Below are positions 49,567 to 62,971 of a DNA stretch of 64,000 nucleotides, one piece after another. Position 1 is the stretch's first letter, and each line of letters starts with the position of its first letter. This DNA is from Octopus vulgaris (taxonomy: Eukaryota): positions 23,870,001 to 23,934,000 of the forward strand of contig OX597837.1 in the NCBI GenBank assembly GCA_951406725.2, given 5' to 3'. The translations under genes and the position numbers were made by a program. Below the pieces are notes generated by a model. That model ran no database searches and was not told where the DNA came from. It was given only the letters and a program-made list of their open reading frames with translations.

Positions 49567-50744
49567 GTAAGAACAACCTATGTTTTTTTTGACAGTTTGA
49601 ACACAAAATGTATTCTGAGAGCAGTTTCACTGTATCTAAAACTGTACACCGTTCACTTAACATCACTGTCAGCCATCGCTGTCAAAAGTGGCAGCTTTTC
49701 TCTGGAATCCAAGGGAAAGAAAACACCATCTTACCATATTTAATAGACATATATACTCAGTACGATCATCATCACCAGCATCATTATCATTCAGCTTAGC
49801 AGCATTTTGTCTGTTTTTACATTCTGAATTCAGATTCAGGCAAGGGTGCCTTTGCCTTTCATCCCTCAGGGTCGGTGAAATGATTACCAGTTGATTACCC
49901 TCTCTCCAAAAATTGCTGGCCTTGTGCCAAAATTAGAAACCGTTGGCAGGTTATAATAAATCCAAAAGCATGCGAAGTAAAGTTTCTGTTTGTGTCCTCT
50001 TTATTGTTTAGTAGTAATTACAGAGAGAGATAGAATGATGTAAGAGAGAAGAATTAGAGCTAGTGAAAGTTGTAGGGTGTTGCTTTTATAACTATCCAGG
50101 ATAGATATATCATTGAGAACAATAGATTTAGTTGGTGGTCTTGTTATCTCTATTCTAGCTTTTGGTGATGTAGAAGAGGTTAGAAAGGGTCAAGTGGTGA
50201 AGACATTATTTCGGTCTAGCTAAAAGCATCTGGATTATTTGGTAAAATAAAGTAGCTGTCAAGTACTGAGGGTGATGCAGTCAACTGCGCCTCACCCCTC
50301 AAATTGCTGGCTTCATGCTGTAATTAGAAAAAATTATTATTGTTGTTGTTGCTGTTGTTGTTGTCAAATTGACGTTGTTTCAGAAGATAAAACAGAGCCT
50401 TATAAGAAACAATGATTGTTTATAGAAACAGTGAATAAAGCCAGCAAAGTTTTGTCATTGTAAGACGGCCGAAAAGACCATAAATTTCTGTTTGCCGCCA
50501 GAAACTTCTCACCGAAATCCACTACGTTATGTTCGTAGTAAAGCAGTGATTGCACGAAAGACTGATGAAAGAGTTCTGCCGAAGTCAAAGGCAACACAGC
50601 AGACAGCCTCAGCAACGGCCAAAGTTCTGACAGATGGAATTTCTTTACGGTGTGAAGCTATAACTTAACCAGATAACTGGAATCAACACTCTTGTAAAAA
50701 TAAACCTATTACAAAGAGACAGTTCTCTGCTTGATATATTATAT

Positions 50745-51650
50745 AATGTGTGTGTTGTGTGTGTTTGTATATTTATGTATGTGTATATATGTATATATTG
50801 GTTTGTGTATATGTATATGATTATATATAATTCATGTTTCTGTGTACATGTGGACATATATGTGAGTGTGTTCGTGTATGTATCTGTATACTTATAACTA
50901 TGTGTGTGTTGTGTGTGTTTGTATATTTATATATGTGTATATATGTATATATTGGTTTGTGTATATGTATATGATTATATATAATTCATGTTTCTGTGTA
51001 CATGTGGACATATATGTGAGTGTGTTCATGTATGTATCTGTATACTTATAACTATGTGTGTATGTGTGTATTTATATGTGTATATATGTATATGTTGGTT
51101 TGTGTATATGTACATATGGATATATATGTGAGTGTGTTCACATATGTGTCTGTATACTTATAACTATGTGTGTGTTGTGTGTGTGTGTTGTCTGTGTGTG
51201 TGTGTATTTATATGTATATATATGTATATATTGGTTTGTGTATATGTATATGATTATATATAATTCATGTTTCTGTGTACATGTGGACATATATGTAAGT
51301 GTGTTCGTGTATGTATCTGTATACTTATAACTATGTGTGTGTTGTGTGTGTGTGTGTATTTATATGTGTATATATGTATATATTGATTTGGGTATATGTA
51401 CATGTGTATATATATGTGAGTGTATTCAAGTATGTGTCTGTATACTTATAACTATGTGTGTGTTGTGTGTGTGTGTGTATTTATATGTGTATATATGTAT
51501 ATATTGGTTTGTGCATATGTATATGATTATATATAATTCATGTTTCTGTGTACATGTGGACATATATGTGAGTGTGTTCGTGTATGTATCTGTATACTTA
51601 TAACTATGTGTGTGTTGTGTGTTTGTTGTGTATGTGTGTGTTGTGTGTGT
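50745..51650. repeat. Higher-order TG/TA-rich tandem repeat
   Basis: ataattcatgtttctgtgtacatgtggacatatatg...gtatacttataactatg recurs four times, with shorter alternating units. Confidence 0.85.
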
Positions 51651-52370
51651 TACACACACATAGATTGAGGCGGGGAAAAGAACATATGAATTTATGTATG
51701 TGGATATTAATGTGAGTCTAATTTATATGTATGAGTGTGTATGCATATAACTATATGTGAATATACATAGCTGTGTGCATGTGTGTGTATATTTTTGTGT
51801 ATGTGTGTGGATATATGGCTCTCTCTATATGTGTGTGTGTGTGTGTGTTTGTGTAGTTATTAATTCCCTTGTTTACTTTGTATACATTGTTTAAATCATA
51901 TTCATACAAAACATACCATTGACAGAAATACATTTCTCGCTATATTATCGAGATAATATTTAAGTCTCCTAAATCGCGAAGTGTCAAGGGTGGGCGAGGG
52001 TGATTGGAGGTAGGGGGTCGGGGGGGAACAACTGCCAAGAGAAGAAGCAAAGTCGGATATAATAAAAGACACTTTCTAGATTAGGTAATCATCCACTGTG
52101 GGGTTCAGAGTGGTGTAGGAGGGTAAAAAAAAAAAAGCCGTTTTCTCGCCTACCAAAATTGAAGCTGTTTCTCCGTCTTCCCATAAACATCAGAGAACAT
52201 GAAAATTAGTACCCTTATCACTTTAATGTCTTTGTTTTTAGAATTTGTTTGTTTCTGTAAATATATGGGTGTATGTGTATGTGTGAGTGTGTGTGTTTAC
52301 AGTGTGTGTGTGTGTATGTAAGTATATATAAATATGTATATGAACATATTTCTGTTTCCATATGCATAAA

Positions 52371-52407
<37 letters not shown>

Positions 52408-52505
52408 CTGAGACGTTTATGTATATATGTCTATGTATATATATATATATGTGTGTGTGTGTGTATATGCATGAACTGATATATATACACACACACACAT
52501 ATAGC

Positions 52506-52548
<43 letters not shown>

Positions 52549-52600
52549 ATGTATTTATTTATTTATGTATGTATGCATGTTTATATATATATGTATGTAT

Positions 52601-52631
<31 letters not shown>

Positions 52632-52671
52632 GATGGATGTATATATATCTATGTATATATGTATGTGTATA

Positions 52672-52713
<42 letters not shown>

Positions 52714-53349
52714 TGTATGTATGTACGTATGTATGTATGTATGTATATATGTATATATCATCATCATTTAATGTCTGCTTTCCATGCTGGCATGGGTTGG
52801 ACAGTTTGACAGGAGCTGGTAAAGCAGAAGACTGCACTGTGCTTTGTTGTCTGTTTTGGCATAGTTTTTACTGCTGGATGCCCTTCCTAATGCCAACCAC
52901 TTTACAATGTGAACTTGATGCTCTTTACATGGCACCAACACTGGCAGGGTCACCAAGTAACTTGCAAGACAAAGATCCTCAGAGAGGGGATGGGACATTG
53001 GAGGGGGTGATCTTGTGCCTAATGATGAAAGGTTAGAGTGCAACAAAGAGACAGAAACAGGTGTCTTACTGTAGAGGAGATACATTTGAACTCTAATCTC
53101 ATGAGCAAGCTGTTCCATTGATCGGATCAATAGGAACATTTGTCATCTTAACCAAGTCACTGAAGATAAACTTTTTTTTACTTCAAATTTTTATAAATTT
53201 TTACTAATATTTGATAAGATGAGATTCATCATCAAAACTGATAATATTTTCTTTATATAATTTTTTAAATCATTCTTACCAAATTCCCTCTTAGATTGAA
53301 ATCTCTTAGACTTACTTCTGTGCTATTCCTACCTCCATCTTTTATATAT

Positions 53350-53382
<33 letters not shown>

Positions 53383-53574
53383 ACTTATAAATAAGGGCTA
53401 AAGAAAATTATTTCTATGCCAATATGCTGATAACAGACTTTTAAATCGTCAATTTCCACATATTAAAAGCTTCATCCTATATTAGTAGTATATATATATA
53501 TATATATACTCACATATAATCTAATACACATTCCATCTATTTTATTAATACTATATATATATATATATATATAG

Positions 53575-53725
53575 CATTAATAAAATAGATGGAACGTGTA
53601 TAAGATTTTATTGAATACAACACGTTTCGACTTATTCTGATTCTCTTCAGGTACATTAGTAAATCTACAGATAACAACAGGTAACTTAAAATATGCCAGT
53701 GCTTTACTCATCATCTATTTATGCA
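53575..53725 (-). mobile_element. Penelope-like terminal remnant with hammerhead (53615-53655) and AATAAA
   Basis: - strand GUAC CUGAAGA GAAU cagaaua AGUC GAAAC GU GUU GUAU ... caataaaa; same family as 61675-61885. Confidence 0.65.
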
Positions 53726-53774
53726 TTTTGTATGATTTTTCCATTATATGTGTGTGTGTGTATATATATATATA

Positions 53775-54110
53775 TGCGCAGGAGTGGCTGTGTGGTAAGT
53801 AGCTTGCTTACCAACCACATGGTTCCGTGTTCATTCCCACTGCGTGGCACCTTGGGCAAGTGTCTTCTACTATAGGCTTTGGTCGGCCCAGTGGATTTGT
53901 GAGTGGATTTGGTAGATGGAAACTAGAAGAAGCCTGTCGTATATATGTATATATATATGTATGTGTGTATATGTTTGTGGGTCTGTGTTTGTCCCCCCAC
54001 CATTGCTTGACAGCCGATGCTGGTGTGTTTACGTCCCCGTAACTTAGCGGTTCAGCAAAAGAGACTGATAGAATAAGTACTAGGCTTACAAAGAATAAGT
54101 CCTGGGATCG
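53775..54110 (+). mobile_element. SINE family A (3'-truncated)
   Basis: Match to the family consensus. Confidence 0.85.
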
Positions 54111-54574
54111 ATGCTGGCATTGATTGAATGGTTTGACATGAGCTGGTCAGGCAGGAGACTACACCAAGCTTCTGTATCTGTTTTGGCATAGTCTTTACAG
54201 TTAGATGCTCTACCAAAAGCACAGACTGGATGCATTTTACATGGCACTAAGTAACTTGCAATCTTTAAGAGTGGGGGGGGGGGGGGCATTGGAGGAGGTG
54301 ATCTTATGTCAGATGATGAAAGGTTAGAGTGTGACAAAGAGGCTGAAATAGGTGTCTTGCTGTAGAGACAAACAGAGAGAGAGAGAGGGAGGAAAAGAGT
54401 TTACTTTTCTGTTAAGGTAAGATCAACAAAAAATGTACTCCATCTGGTGAGAGATAAATATTGTTTAATGCACACAGTATATATCTATGAGTCACTAATA
54501 GTTTCATACATTGGAAATATTATCTAGACAGGTTTTAAAATATGCCTAATGTCTCCACATGCCAGAATTCATTC

Positions 54575-55095
54575 CTACAACTTTGAACTGGGCCTACAGC
54601 CCAATTCAGATATTATTATGAAACTGCAGGAGACTGTGGTGAATCAATGGCTAGAGAGGGTTACAGCTGGAAGGCCATATGTGAGGCAGCAGGATTCAGC
54701 TCTTTGCCATATCTCTAAAGAGTCAGAGTTGGTTGTCAGAGAATTTCTATGACTTCACCAAACACCAATTTCTGGCCTACAAATTCTCCCAATTGTAATC
54801 TCATAGATTATTTTGTGTGGAGTCCATTTGAGAAAGACACCGGCTGCTCTGCCAAAAACACTAAGGCTGGGTCAAGGAGGTGTTCAAAGGTCTTCCCAGG
54901 AGCACAGTAGGGAACATATGTGCCAGGTCCTGGAGTTGTCTTGAAGCCTGTGGTGGAAGCTGAGGGCAGCTCTTATCTCGCAGCCATAATCTAACTGGTA
55001 TTTTTTGATGTTTTAAAACACTTATTTTTGTATGGGGTATTGTGTTTTTGCCTTTTATGCAAATTGTCAAATTTAACCCAGACACCCTGTATGCT
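54575..55095 (+). mobile_element. Decayed maT/DD37D-like transposase C-terminal half
   Basis: VVNQWLERVTAGRPYVRQQDSALCH..SQSWLSENFYDF...NFWPTNSPNCNLIDYFVWSPFEKDT across frameshifts. Confidence 0.7.
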
Positions 55096-55205
55096 ATAAC
55101 ATAGGTGGTTCTATGATAATTGAGGCCCCAAAATGAAGATATATGCATAGCAAAGTAATTTCCATGGCATTTTTATAGTGTGTGTATATGTATGTATGTA
55201 TGTAC

Positions 55206-55245
<40 letters not shown>

Positions 55246-56227
55246 AAAATGCAAAATGGGACAAGAAACCCAAAATATTCGGACAGCTAGGTGATACAAA
55301 AAGTGACAACAAAACATCCAGATAGACAATACAAAGGAAACAAGGACGGGTCATTCGAAGCCCTCTATCCTCAGTCAAGCACCAGATTATCTTTGCATAT
55401 ATATATATATATATATCATCATCATCATCATCATCATCGTTTAACGTCCGTTCTCCATGCTAGCATGGGTTGGATGGTTCGACCAGGGATCTGTATATAT
55501 ATATATAGAATTTTGTCAGTGATCAGGTCGCAATCTAAAAGTGACAAAAATATTTTGGCAAATTAATTTTAAATGTTGAAGTGAATCTAATGGTTTTTGT
55601 GTGTTTTTAAATGGCTTATAAACACCTTCCTCCACACTGCAATTGTTTTTGTTTCAGCACACGATCTCAGATCAGGTCACTTGCTATGCAAGTACATCTC
55701 CATAATATATACATATATATATATATATTACACAACACTAAATCATTAATTTTATGTGACAACACAGACAGCTTTGAAAGAAAATGACTTATATTTAGTC
55801 ACGATTGTAAATATTGTAGTGGTACTGATACTACAGATGATTTAGTTATAGATTAAAATTACATTAACTTTTCGTACTAATAGAAAACTGACAGCCCACT
55901 AATGAGCATCTTGGTGGTTGCTAGAGATAGCAGCTAAATTTTCTTCAAAATCACATTGTATCTTCTTCAAAAGGAAGTGTCATATTACATTATGTAGTGA
56001 TGGTTATGCTCAAGTAAAGGATGGAATGTGTTTGATCATATGTCTGCTCAATCAGGGTTGACCTTGGGTTAAACAGCAGCAAAAATTGAGGCATTGTAAT
56101 GAACCAATGAGTGAGCCTGTATATGGTTGATCAGCTTGAAATAGTGGTCAAATCTCCTTCCTACTGTCTTCAATGAAAAAAAGATTGTATCGGGGAATGT
56201 GATCCTACGATCTGGATGGCCACTAAA

Positions 56228-56445
56228 GCGGCAAGGTGGCAGAAACGTTAGCACACCTGGTGAAATGCTTAGCAGTATTTCATCTGCCGTTATGTTCTGA
56301 GTTCAAATTCCACTGATGTCAACTTTGCCTTTCATCCTTTTGGGGTTGATAAATTAAGTACCAGTTACGCGCTGGGGTCAATGTGATCGACTTAATCCCT
56401 TTGTCTATCCTTGTTTGTCCCCTTGTGGGCAAGAAAGAAATAAAA
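56228..56445 (+). mobile_element. SINE family B
   Basis: Match to the consensus; gatctggatggc flanks both sides. Confidence 0.8.
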
Positions 56446-57220
56446 GATCTGGATGGCAGAAGAAGATGGGATGAGCATGGTTGGAATGAATTTTGATTAA
56501 GGTTTGACCTGCAGCTAAGCAACATCCTCATCATGGTTTTGCTCACCATCATCATCATCATCACCACTAACATACTGATATCACTATCATCCTCAACATC
56601 ATTACGATGAAAATTCAACGTGGTCACTCAGTCTGCTAAAAATAACAGTCAAATTTCTCTGACATCCCAAACCCACTCTCCTGTAACTGTCTTCAGAAAA
56701 AAGAACACATTGGATAATGTGCTCCGGGCTTGGCTATCCTGTATACAGGAGAAAAGACAGGGTAGTCATGGTTGGAATTCTTGGTATCATAAGTGTACTC
56801 AATCAGGACAGACCTGAGACTAAACAGCAACAGTAGCATCACTAGGAATACTCAGCCAATGATCGTGTGTTTACATAGTTTGCTTGACATGCTAGAAACA
56901 ACTGCCAAAGCTTTCACCATACTCCAGACATCTTAAGAAAATGAAGGATATGCTGGAAGCAAATTACTTTTTTTGTTTGCCGTTTATCTTTTACTTTTTT
57001 TATTTGTTTCAGCCATTAGACTGTGGCCATGCTGGGGCACCACATTGAAGGGTTTTACCAAACAAATTAACTCCACTAGTTGTTTTTGGTCTTTTTTTAA
57101 AACCTGTTGCCATCTCTATCAGTCTCTTCTTTGCTAAGCTACAGGGATGTAAACAAACCAGCACCAGTTGTTGTTGTCGAGTGATAGTGTGGGACAAACA
57201 CAGTACAAGCACAAAGGATA

Positions 57221-57609
57221 TCATCATCATCATCATCATCAGTGTTTAACATCCTCCTTCCATGCTGGCATGGGTTGGACATTTGGCAGGAGCTGGCCAG
57301 GCAGAAGCTTGCACCATACTTCTGTTTCTCTTTTGGTATGGCTTTTTAATGCTGGATGCCCTTTCTTATACAGCAACCACTCCACATAGTGGGCTGAGTG
57401 CTCTTTATGTGACACCAGCACAGGTGAAGTTAGTTTCGGTATGGTTCTTACAGCTGGATGCCCTTCCAAATGCCAACCACTTTACAGTGTGCACTGGATG
57501 CTTTTTAAGTGGCACCTGCACTGGTAGGGTCACCGAGTAACTCACAAAAAAAGGAATCTTTGAGAGGGGAAGAGGCATTGGAAGCAGTGATAATGTGCCA
57601 GATGATGAA

Positions 57610-57610
<1 letters not shown>
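57221..57610 (-). mobile_element. Diverged RTE 3' UTR (family C)
   Basis: (cat)n then ttccatgctggcatgggttggac...gctggatgcccttcc; relatives at 52758-53080 and 54110-54365. Confidence 0.65.
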
Positions 57611-57659
<49 letters not shown>

Positions 57660-57678
57660 TACACACAGACACATATAC

Positions 57679-57755
<77 letters not shown>

Positions 57756-57873
57756 GAAAGAGAGAGATAAGATTTAAATAATGAGGGTGATATATTAATT
57801 TAATTAACATCAATCTGAAAATTCAGAAAAATTGTAATACATGCATATAATAAGGGATGTGATCATCTTTTAT

Positions 57874-57939
<66 letters not shown>

Positions 57940-58033
57940 CAAAGTGAGATAGGGGTTGTGAGTGTAACCCACTATGGGATATCATTTATCCAATATAAGA
58001 TTGATAGAAATCTATTCCTCCATTTTCTTATTT

Positions 58034-58061
<28 letters not shown>

Positions 58062-58066
<5 letters not shown>

Positions 58067-58147
58067 TTTATTTAAAGCAGCAGAAAATTCAACAAACCTG
58101 TTACTCTGAGTTTCACGTTCCTGTTCATCGGACAGTTTTTACTCCGG
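58062..58147 (-). ncRNA. ~85-bp element between (TA)n tracts: type-I hammerhead (58098-58135) plus AATAAA
   Basis: - strand CUGU CCGAUGA AC aggaac GU GAA ACUC A GAGU A ACAG...aaataaa. Confidence 0.6.
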
Positions 58148-58166
58148 TATATATATATATTACCAT

Positions 58167-58989
58167 AGCTGCAGGTGTGGCTATGTGGTAAGAAGTTTCC
58201 GCATGGTTTTGGGTTTACTCCCACTGCTTGGCATCTCAAGCAAATATCTTTTACTATAGCCCTGGGCCAACCAAAGCCTTGTGAGTGGATTTGGTTGATA
58301 GAAACTGCAAAAAGCCCATCGTGTGTGTGTGTGTGTGTGTGTGTGTCAGTGTTGACAACCAGTGTTAGAGTGTTTACATCCCTGTAACTTAGCAGTTCAG
58401 CAAAATAAACTAATAGAATATGTACCAAGCTTTAAAAACAAAAGTACTTCTACTGATTCATTTGACTAAAATTTCTTGGTCGCAGTCTAATGACTGAAAC
58501 AATTAAAAGATAAAAGATTACCTGGCTAATAGCTGCATAATGTGCATTTAAAAGCTCCTGTACTATTATCAGCTACCATATGCCATCATATACAGCAGGG
58601 TTATTCCTTAAGCTGGATATACGTGTGGAACTCCTTTGGTGCATTGAGTATATATAAAAATTTATACAGACATAGGAGTGGCTGTCTTCTACTATAGCCT
58701 CGGGCCGACCAAAGCCTTGTGAGTGGATTTGGTAGACGGAAACTGAAAGAAGCCCCTCGTATATAGATATATATATATTTGTGCTTCTGTGTTTGTCCCT
58801 CCAACATCTCTTGACAACCAATGCTGGTGTGTTTACGTTGCCATAACTTAGCGGTTCGGCAAAAGAGACTGATAAAATATGTACTAGGCTTTTAAAATAT
58901 AAGTCCTGGGGTTGATTTGCTCAACTAAAGGTGGTGCTCCAGCATGGCCACAGTCAAATGACTGAAACAAGTAAAAGAGTAAAAGAGAA
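58167..58989 (+). mobile_element. Two SINE family A copies (diverged 58167-58518; head-deleted 58670-58989)
   Basis: Matches to the family consensus. Confidence 0.8.
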
Positions 58990-59301
58990 GAAGAAGATGG
59001 AATAAACAGGCCTTAATTACAAATTACAATATTTGTTTCTGTTCAGTGTAAGTTGCTAAGTTTTCGTTTCCTCATCCCATTACTTAGATTATTTTAGAAA
59101 TAATTACATAAATGAATATGATCCAGTGGTAGCTGTGTGCCAACACTTCATCAGGTAGGTGGTTTTTAAAGCACTGCATTAAATGTATATCCTCTGTGTG
59201 AAAAGAAGGCTGCATACACGTTAGCATCTTTGTTTTGAGACTTATCTGTAGTGCAGAATTTTTAATTTTTGAAGAAAGATTTCTAACGAAGTTGGTTATC
59301 C

Positions 59302-59625
59302 CTCAGTGGTTAGAGCGTCGAGCTTACGATTGTGAGGTTGTGAGCTCGAATCCCGGACCGGGCTGCGTGTTGTGTTCTTGAGCAAGGCACTTTATTTCAC
59401 GTTGCTCCAGTTCACTCAGCTGTAGAAATGAGTTGCGACGTCACTGGTGCCAAGCTGTATCGACCTTTGTCTTTCCCTTGGATAACACTGGTGGTGTGGA
59501 GAGGGGAGGCTGGTATGCATGGGCGACTGCTGGTCTTCCATAAACAACCTTGCCCGGACTTGTGTCTAGGAGGGTAACTTTCTAGGTGCAATCCCATGGT
59601 CATTCATGACCGAAGAGGGTCTTTA
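59302..59625 (+). mobile_element. SINE family D
   Basis: Closely similar to 43276-43610. Confidence 0.85.
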
Positions 59626-60034
59626 TTAAAGTTTACTTAGATAGAAGTTTTAACTCCTTGTCACATTACTATAAAAATAGTGTAGTAAGTAGCTTGCTTA
59701 CGAACCGAGGCATGAATTGCACGAAACCATTTTGCAGTCTGGGGAAGAGCTATCTGAGTGGAAAATTCGGGGATGTATTCAACATCAAACTCGTGTTCAG
59801 CATCAAATAGTTGACTACCGTGGTGGTAACAGATTCGTGTAATAAATTTTGTGTTTGTTTTTGTTTCATAATATATATTTTTTCGGATGCAGCCAGACTT
59901 TTCACACAATAATTTATGTTATGTTATGTTATGTTATGAGACTGAAGATTCAGCAACTAACAGCTGTTACTACTGTGCAGAAACAAATGTTGTGATTTGT
60001 AATTAAAGCTTGTTTATTTTAGAAATTTATATGT

Positions 60035-60785
60035 GAGGGTACATGGCTTAGTGGTCAGGGAGTTTCACTCACAATCTCAAGATCGGAGTTTCAATTCCTA
60101 GACTTCATCTCTTGTTGCTCTGCGATCACATCGACACCTGATGCATGGTACACTGTGCACTTCTTCAGGCGACATCAATTTGGTGGAGAAAGTAAGCTGA
60201 TGTGCAGCATGAACATTTGATCACTAGAAACAAATCATTTGTACTGGCAAAGGATTGAGGCAGCGAGCTGGCAGAAACGTTAGCACACCGGGCGAAATGC
60301 TTAGCAGTATTTCGTCTGCCGCTATGTTCTGAGTTCAAATACTGCCGAAGTCGACTTTGCCTGCCATCCTTTCGGGGTCAATAAATTAAGTACAAGTTAC
60401 GCACTGGAGTCGATGTAATCAACTTAATCCCTTTATCTGTCCTTGTTTGTCCCCTCTATGTATAGCCCCTTGTGAGCAATAAAGAAATAAGAAACGTTAG
60501 CATGCCGCTCAAAATGCATAGCTGTATTTCGTCTGTCGTTATGTTCTGAGTTCAAATACTGCCGAAGTCGACTTTACCTTTCATCCTTTTGGGGTCGATA
60601 AATTAAGTATCAGTTACACACTGGAGTCGATGTAATCGACTTAATCCCTTTGTCTGTCCTTGTTTGTCCCCTCTATGTTTAGCCTCTTTGTGGGCAATAG
60701 AGAAATAAGAAACAAATCATTTGTACTGGTCATTCAGCAAAAGCTGAATGCTCATACATCATCTTCAACAGGAGAGTCCATCATA
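60035..60785 (+). mobile_element. SINE family G containing a nested family B dimer (60258-60707)
   Basis: 22-bp TSD agaaacaaatcatttgtactgg at 60226-60247 and 60708-60729. Confidence 0.85.
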
Positions 60786-60954
60786 TATTGTTATTCTTGG
60801 CAATGGTCATATTTTGCTAATTAAACACATATACTATACATTTGATCTTCACTTCAGTTTTATTATTATTATTTCAGTTTCTTGGTAAAGTTATTTTTTT
60901 ATCACGCATTCTGTGACCTCTTCAGTGACTTTCTATCCTATGTGTCTTCTTTTG

Positions 60955-60994
<40 letters not shown>

Positions 60995-60997
<3 letters not shown>

Positions 60998-61159
60998 CAT
61001 AGGAGTAGCTGTGGTAGTAGCTTGCTTACAAACCACATAGTTCCAGGTTCAATCCCACTGTGTGGCACCTTGGGCAAGTGTCTTCTACTATACCCTCGGG
61101 CCAACTAAAGCCTTGTGAGTGGATTTGGTAGACGGAAACTGAAAGAAGCCTATTGTATA

Positions 61160-61230
<71 letters not shown>

Positions 61231-61670
61231 TTTTGTTTGTCTCCCCAACATTGCTTGACAACCGATGCTGGTATGTTTATGTCGGTGAGCTGGCAGAAAC
61301 GTTAGCACGCCGGCTGAAATGCTTACCGGTATTTCGTCCGTCGCTGTGTTCTGAGTTCAAATTCCGCCGAGGTCAACTTTGCCTGTCATCCTTCCGGGGT
61401 CGATAAATTAAGTACCAGTTACGCACTGGGGGTCGATGTAATCGACTTAATCCCGTTGTCTGTCCTTGTTTCTCCTCTCTGTGTTTAGCCCCTTGTGGGT
61501 AGTAAAGAAATAGGTATGTTTATGTCGCCATAACTTAGCGGTTCGACAAAAGGGGGCTGATAGAATATGTACTAGGCTTACAAAGAATAAGTCCGGGGGT
61601 GAATTTGCTCAACTAAATGCGGTGCTCCAACATGGCCACAGTCACATGACTGAAACAAGTAAAAGAGTAG
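60995..61670 (+). mobile_element. SINE family A with a nested family B copy (61285-61512)
   Basis: 15-bp TSD ggtatgtttatgtcg at 61270-61284 and 61513-61527. Confidence 0.9.
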
Positions 61671-61674
61671 TAGG

Positions 61675-61885
61675 AGACGGATTTTGTATTAGACTTTTAT
61701 TAGGTACAACATGTTTCGACCCATCAGTCTGAGTCTCTTCAGGTACATTGATAAAGAAGTTTCAGTGCAAAGTTCTTGAAGTAAATCCAATGGAAGTGTA
61801 CCACAATTATGGATGACAACAGGTAGTCTAAATTGTGCCATTGCACTACTCAACATTTAATCACAGTAATCTAATTATATGTCAA
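61675..61885 (-). mobile_element. Penelope-like terminal remnant with an intact type-I hammerhead (61704-61746)
   Basis: - strand GUAC CUGAAGA GACUC agacugau GGGUC GAAAC AU GUU GUAC cu AAUAAA. Confidence 0.75.
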
Positions 61886-61889
61886 ATTC

Positions 61890-62317
61890 GATGACTGGCA
61901 TCCATGCTCATGGAGTGCTAAGAGCACCATCTGAACATGACCGTTGCCAGAGCAGCTAACTGGCTTCTGTGCTGGTGGCATGTAAAAAGCATCATTCGAA
62001 CGTGATCATTACCAGTGTCGCCTTACTGGCACATGAAAAAACATTCGAGCAAGGTTATTGCCAATGCCACTGGACTGGCTCCTGTGCAGGTGGCATGTAA
62101 AAAACACCATTTGAGTGTGCCCGTTGCCAGTACTGCCTGACTGGCCCTCGTACTGGTTGCACATAAAAGCACCCACTGCACTCTCAGGAAGGGCATCAAG
62201 CTGTAGAAACTCTGCCAGATCAGATTGGAGCCTGGTGCAGCCATCTGGTTCGCCAGTCTTCAGTCAAATCGTCCAACCCATGCCAGCATGAAAAGCGGAC
62301 GTTAAATGATGATGATG
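61890..62317 (+). mobile_element. RTE 3' UTR (family C) with internal repeats
   Basis: gtgcaggtggcatgtaaaaaacacc-type units and (gat)n tail. Confidence 0.75.
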
Positions 62318-62929
62318 TCTAAATTATCTATTATTATCATTATATATATATATATACACACACACACAAATATATACACAATTGGTGATTTTCAATTTCT
62401 GTCTATCATGTCCATTTACAAGGTTCTAGTTGGTCTAGGGCTGTAGTAGTAGAAAGTGCCATGCAGTGAGACTGAACCCAGAACCATGTGGTTGGGAAGC
62501 AAGTTTCTTACCACACAGCCATCCCTGCATCTAGCCATGCCTTCAAAATAGCAAAATCAAAAAATACAAAAAAGATCAGCAGACTGGATGGTCATATCTG
62601 GCGTGCCATTTTGATTATAATTCTGTTTGATCAGATCTCTCCTGGGGCTAAACAGCAACAACAACAGAAACACTGTTAGCTATCTTTCTCTTTTGTTTGT
62701 TTGTTTGTTTTACTCCTTCAGGAAGTTTTTTTTTTTTCCTCTGTTAAGTTTTTTTTAATGAAAAATGTAATTTTCTGATTTTATTTTTTATCTCCATTTT
62801 TTATTTTTCAATTATGTTTTATATTTTTCTCATTATTAAAAATAATTACATTTCTCTGTTTGGTGAAGAATGGTTGTTTATTCGGAAAAGAGTTAGTAAA
62901 ATACTGTTCACACCATTACATACATCGGT

Positions 62930-62930
62930 A

Positions 62931-62971
<41 letters not shown>

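Noticed and set aside
50570-50590. CTGATGA occurrences here and near 3168, 38544 and 59150
   Set aside because: No stem II closed by GAAA and no NUH or stem I; not hammerheads.
59661-59909. 82-aa - strand ORF
   Set aside because: It runs into a SINE fragment, has no recognisable domain or splice signals, and is more likely a transposon remnant.
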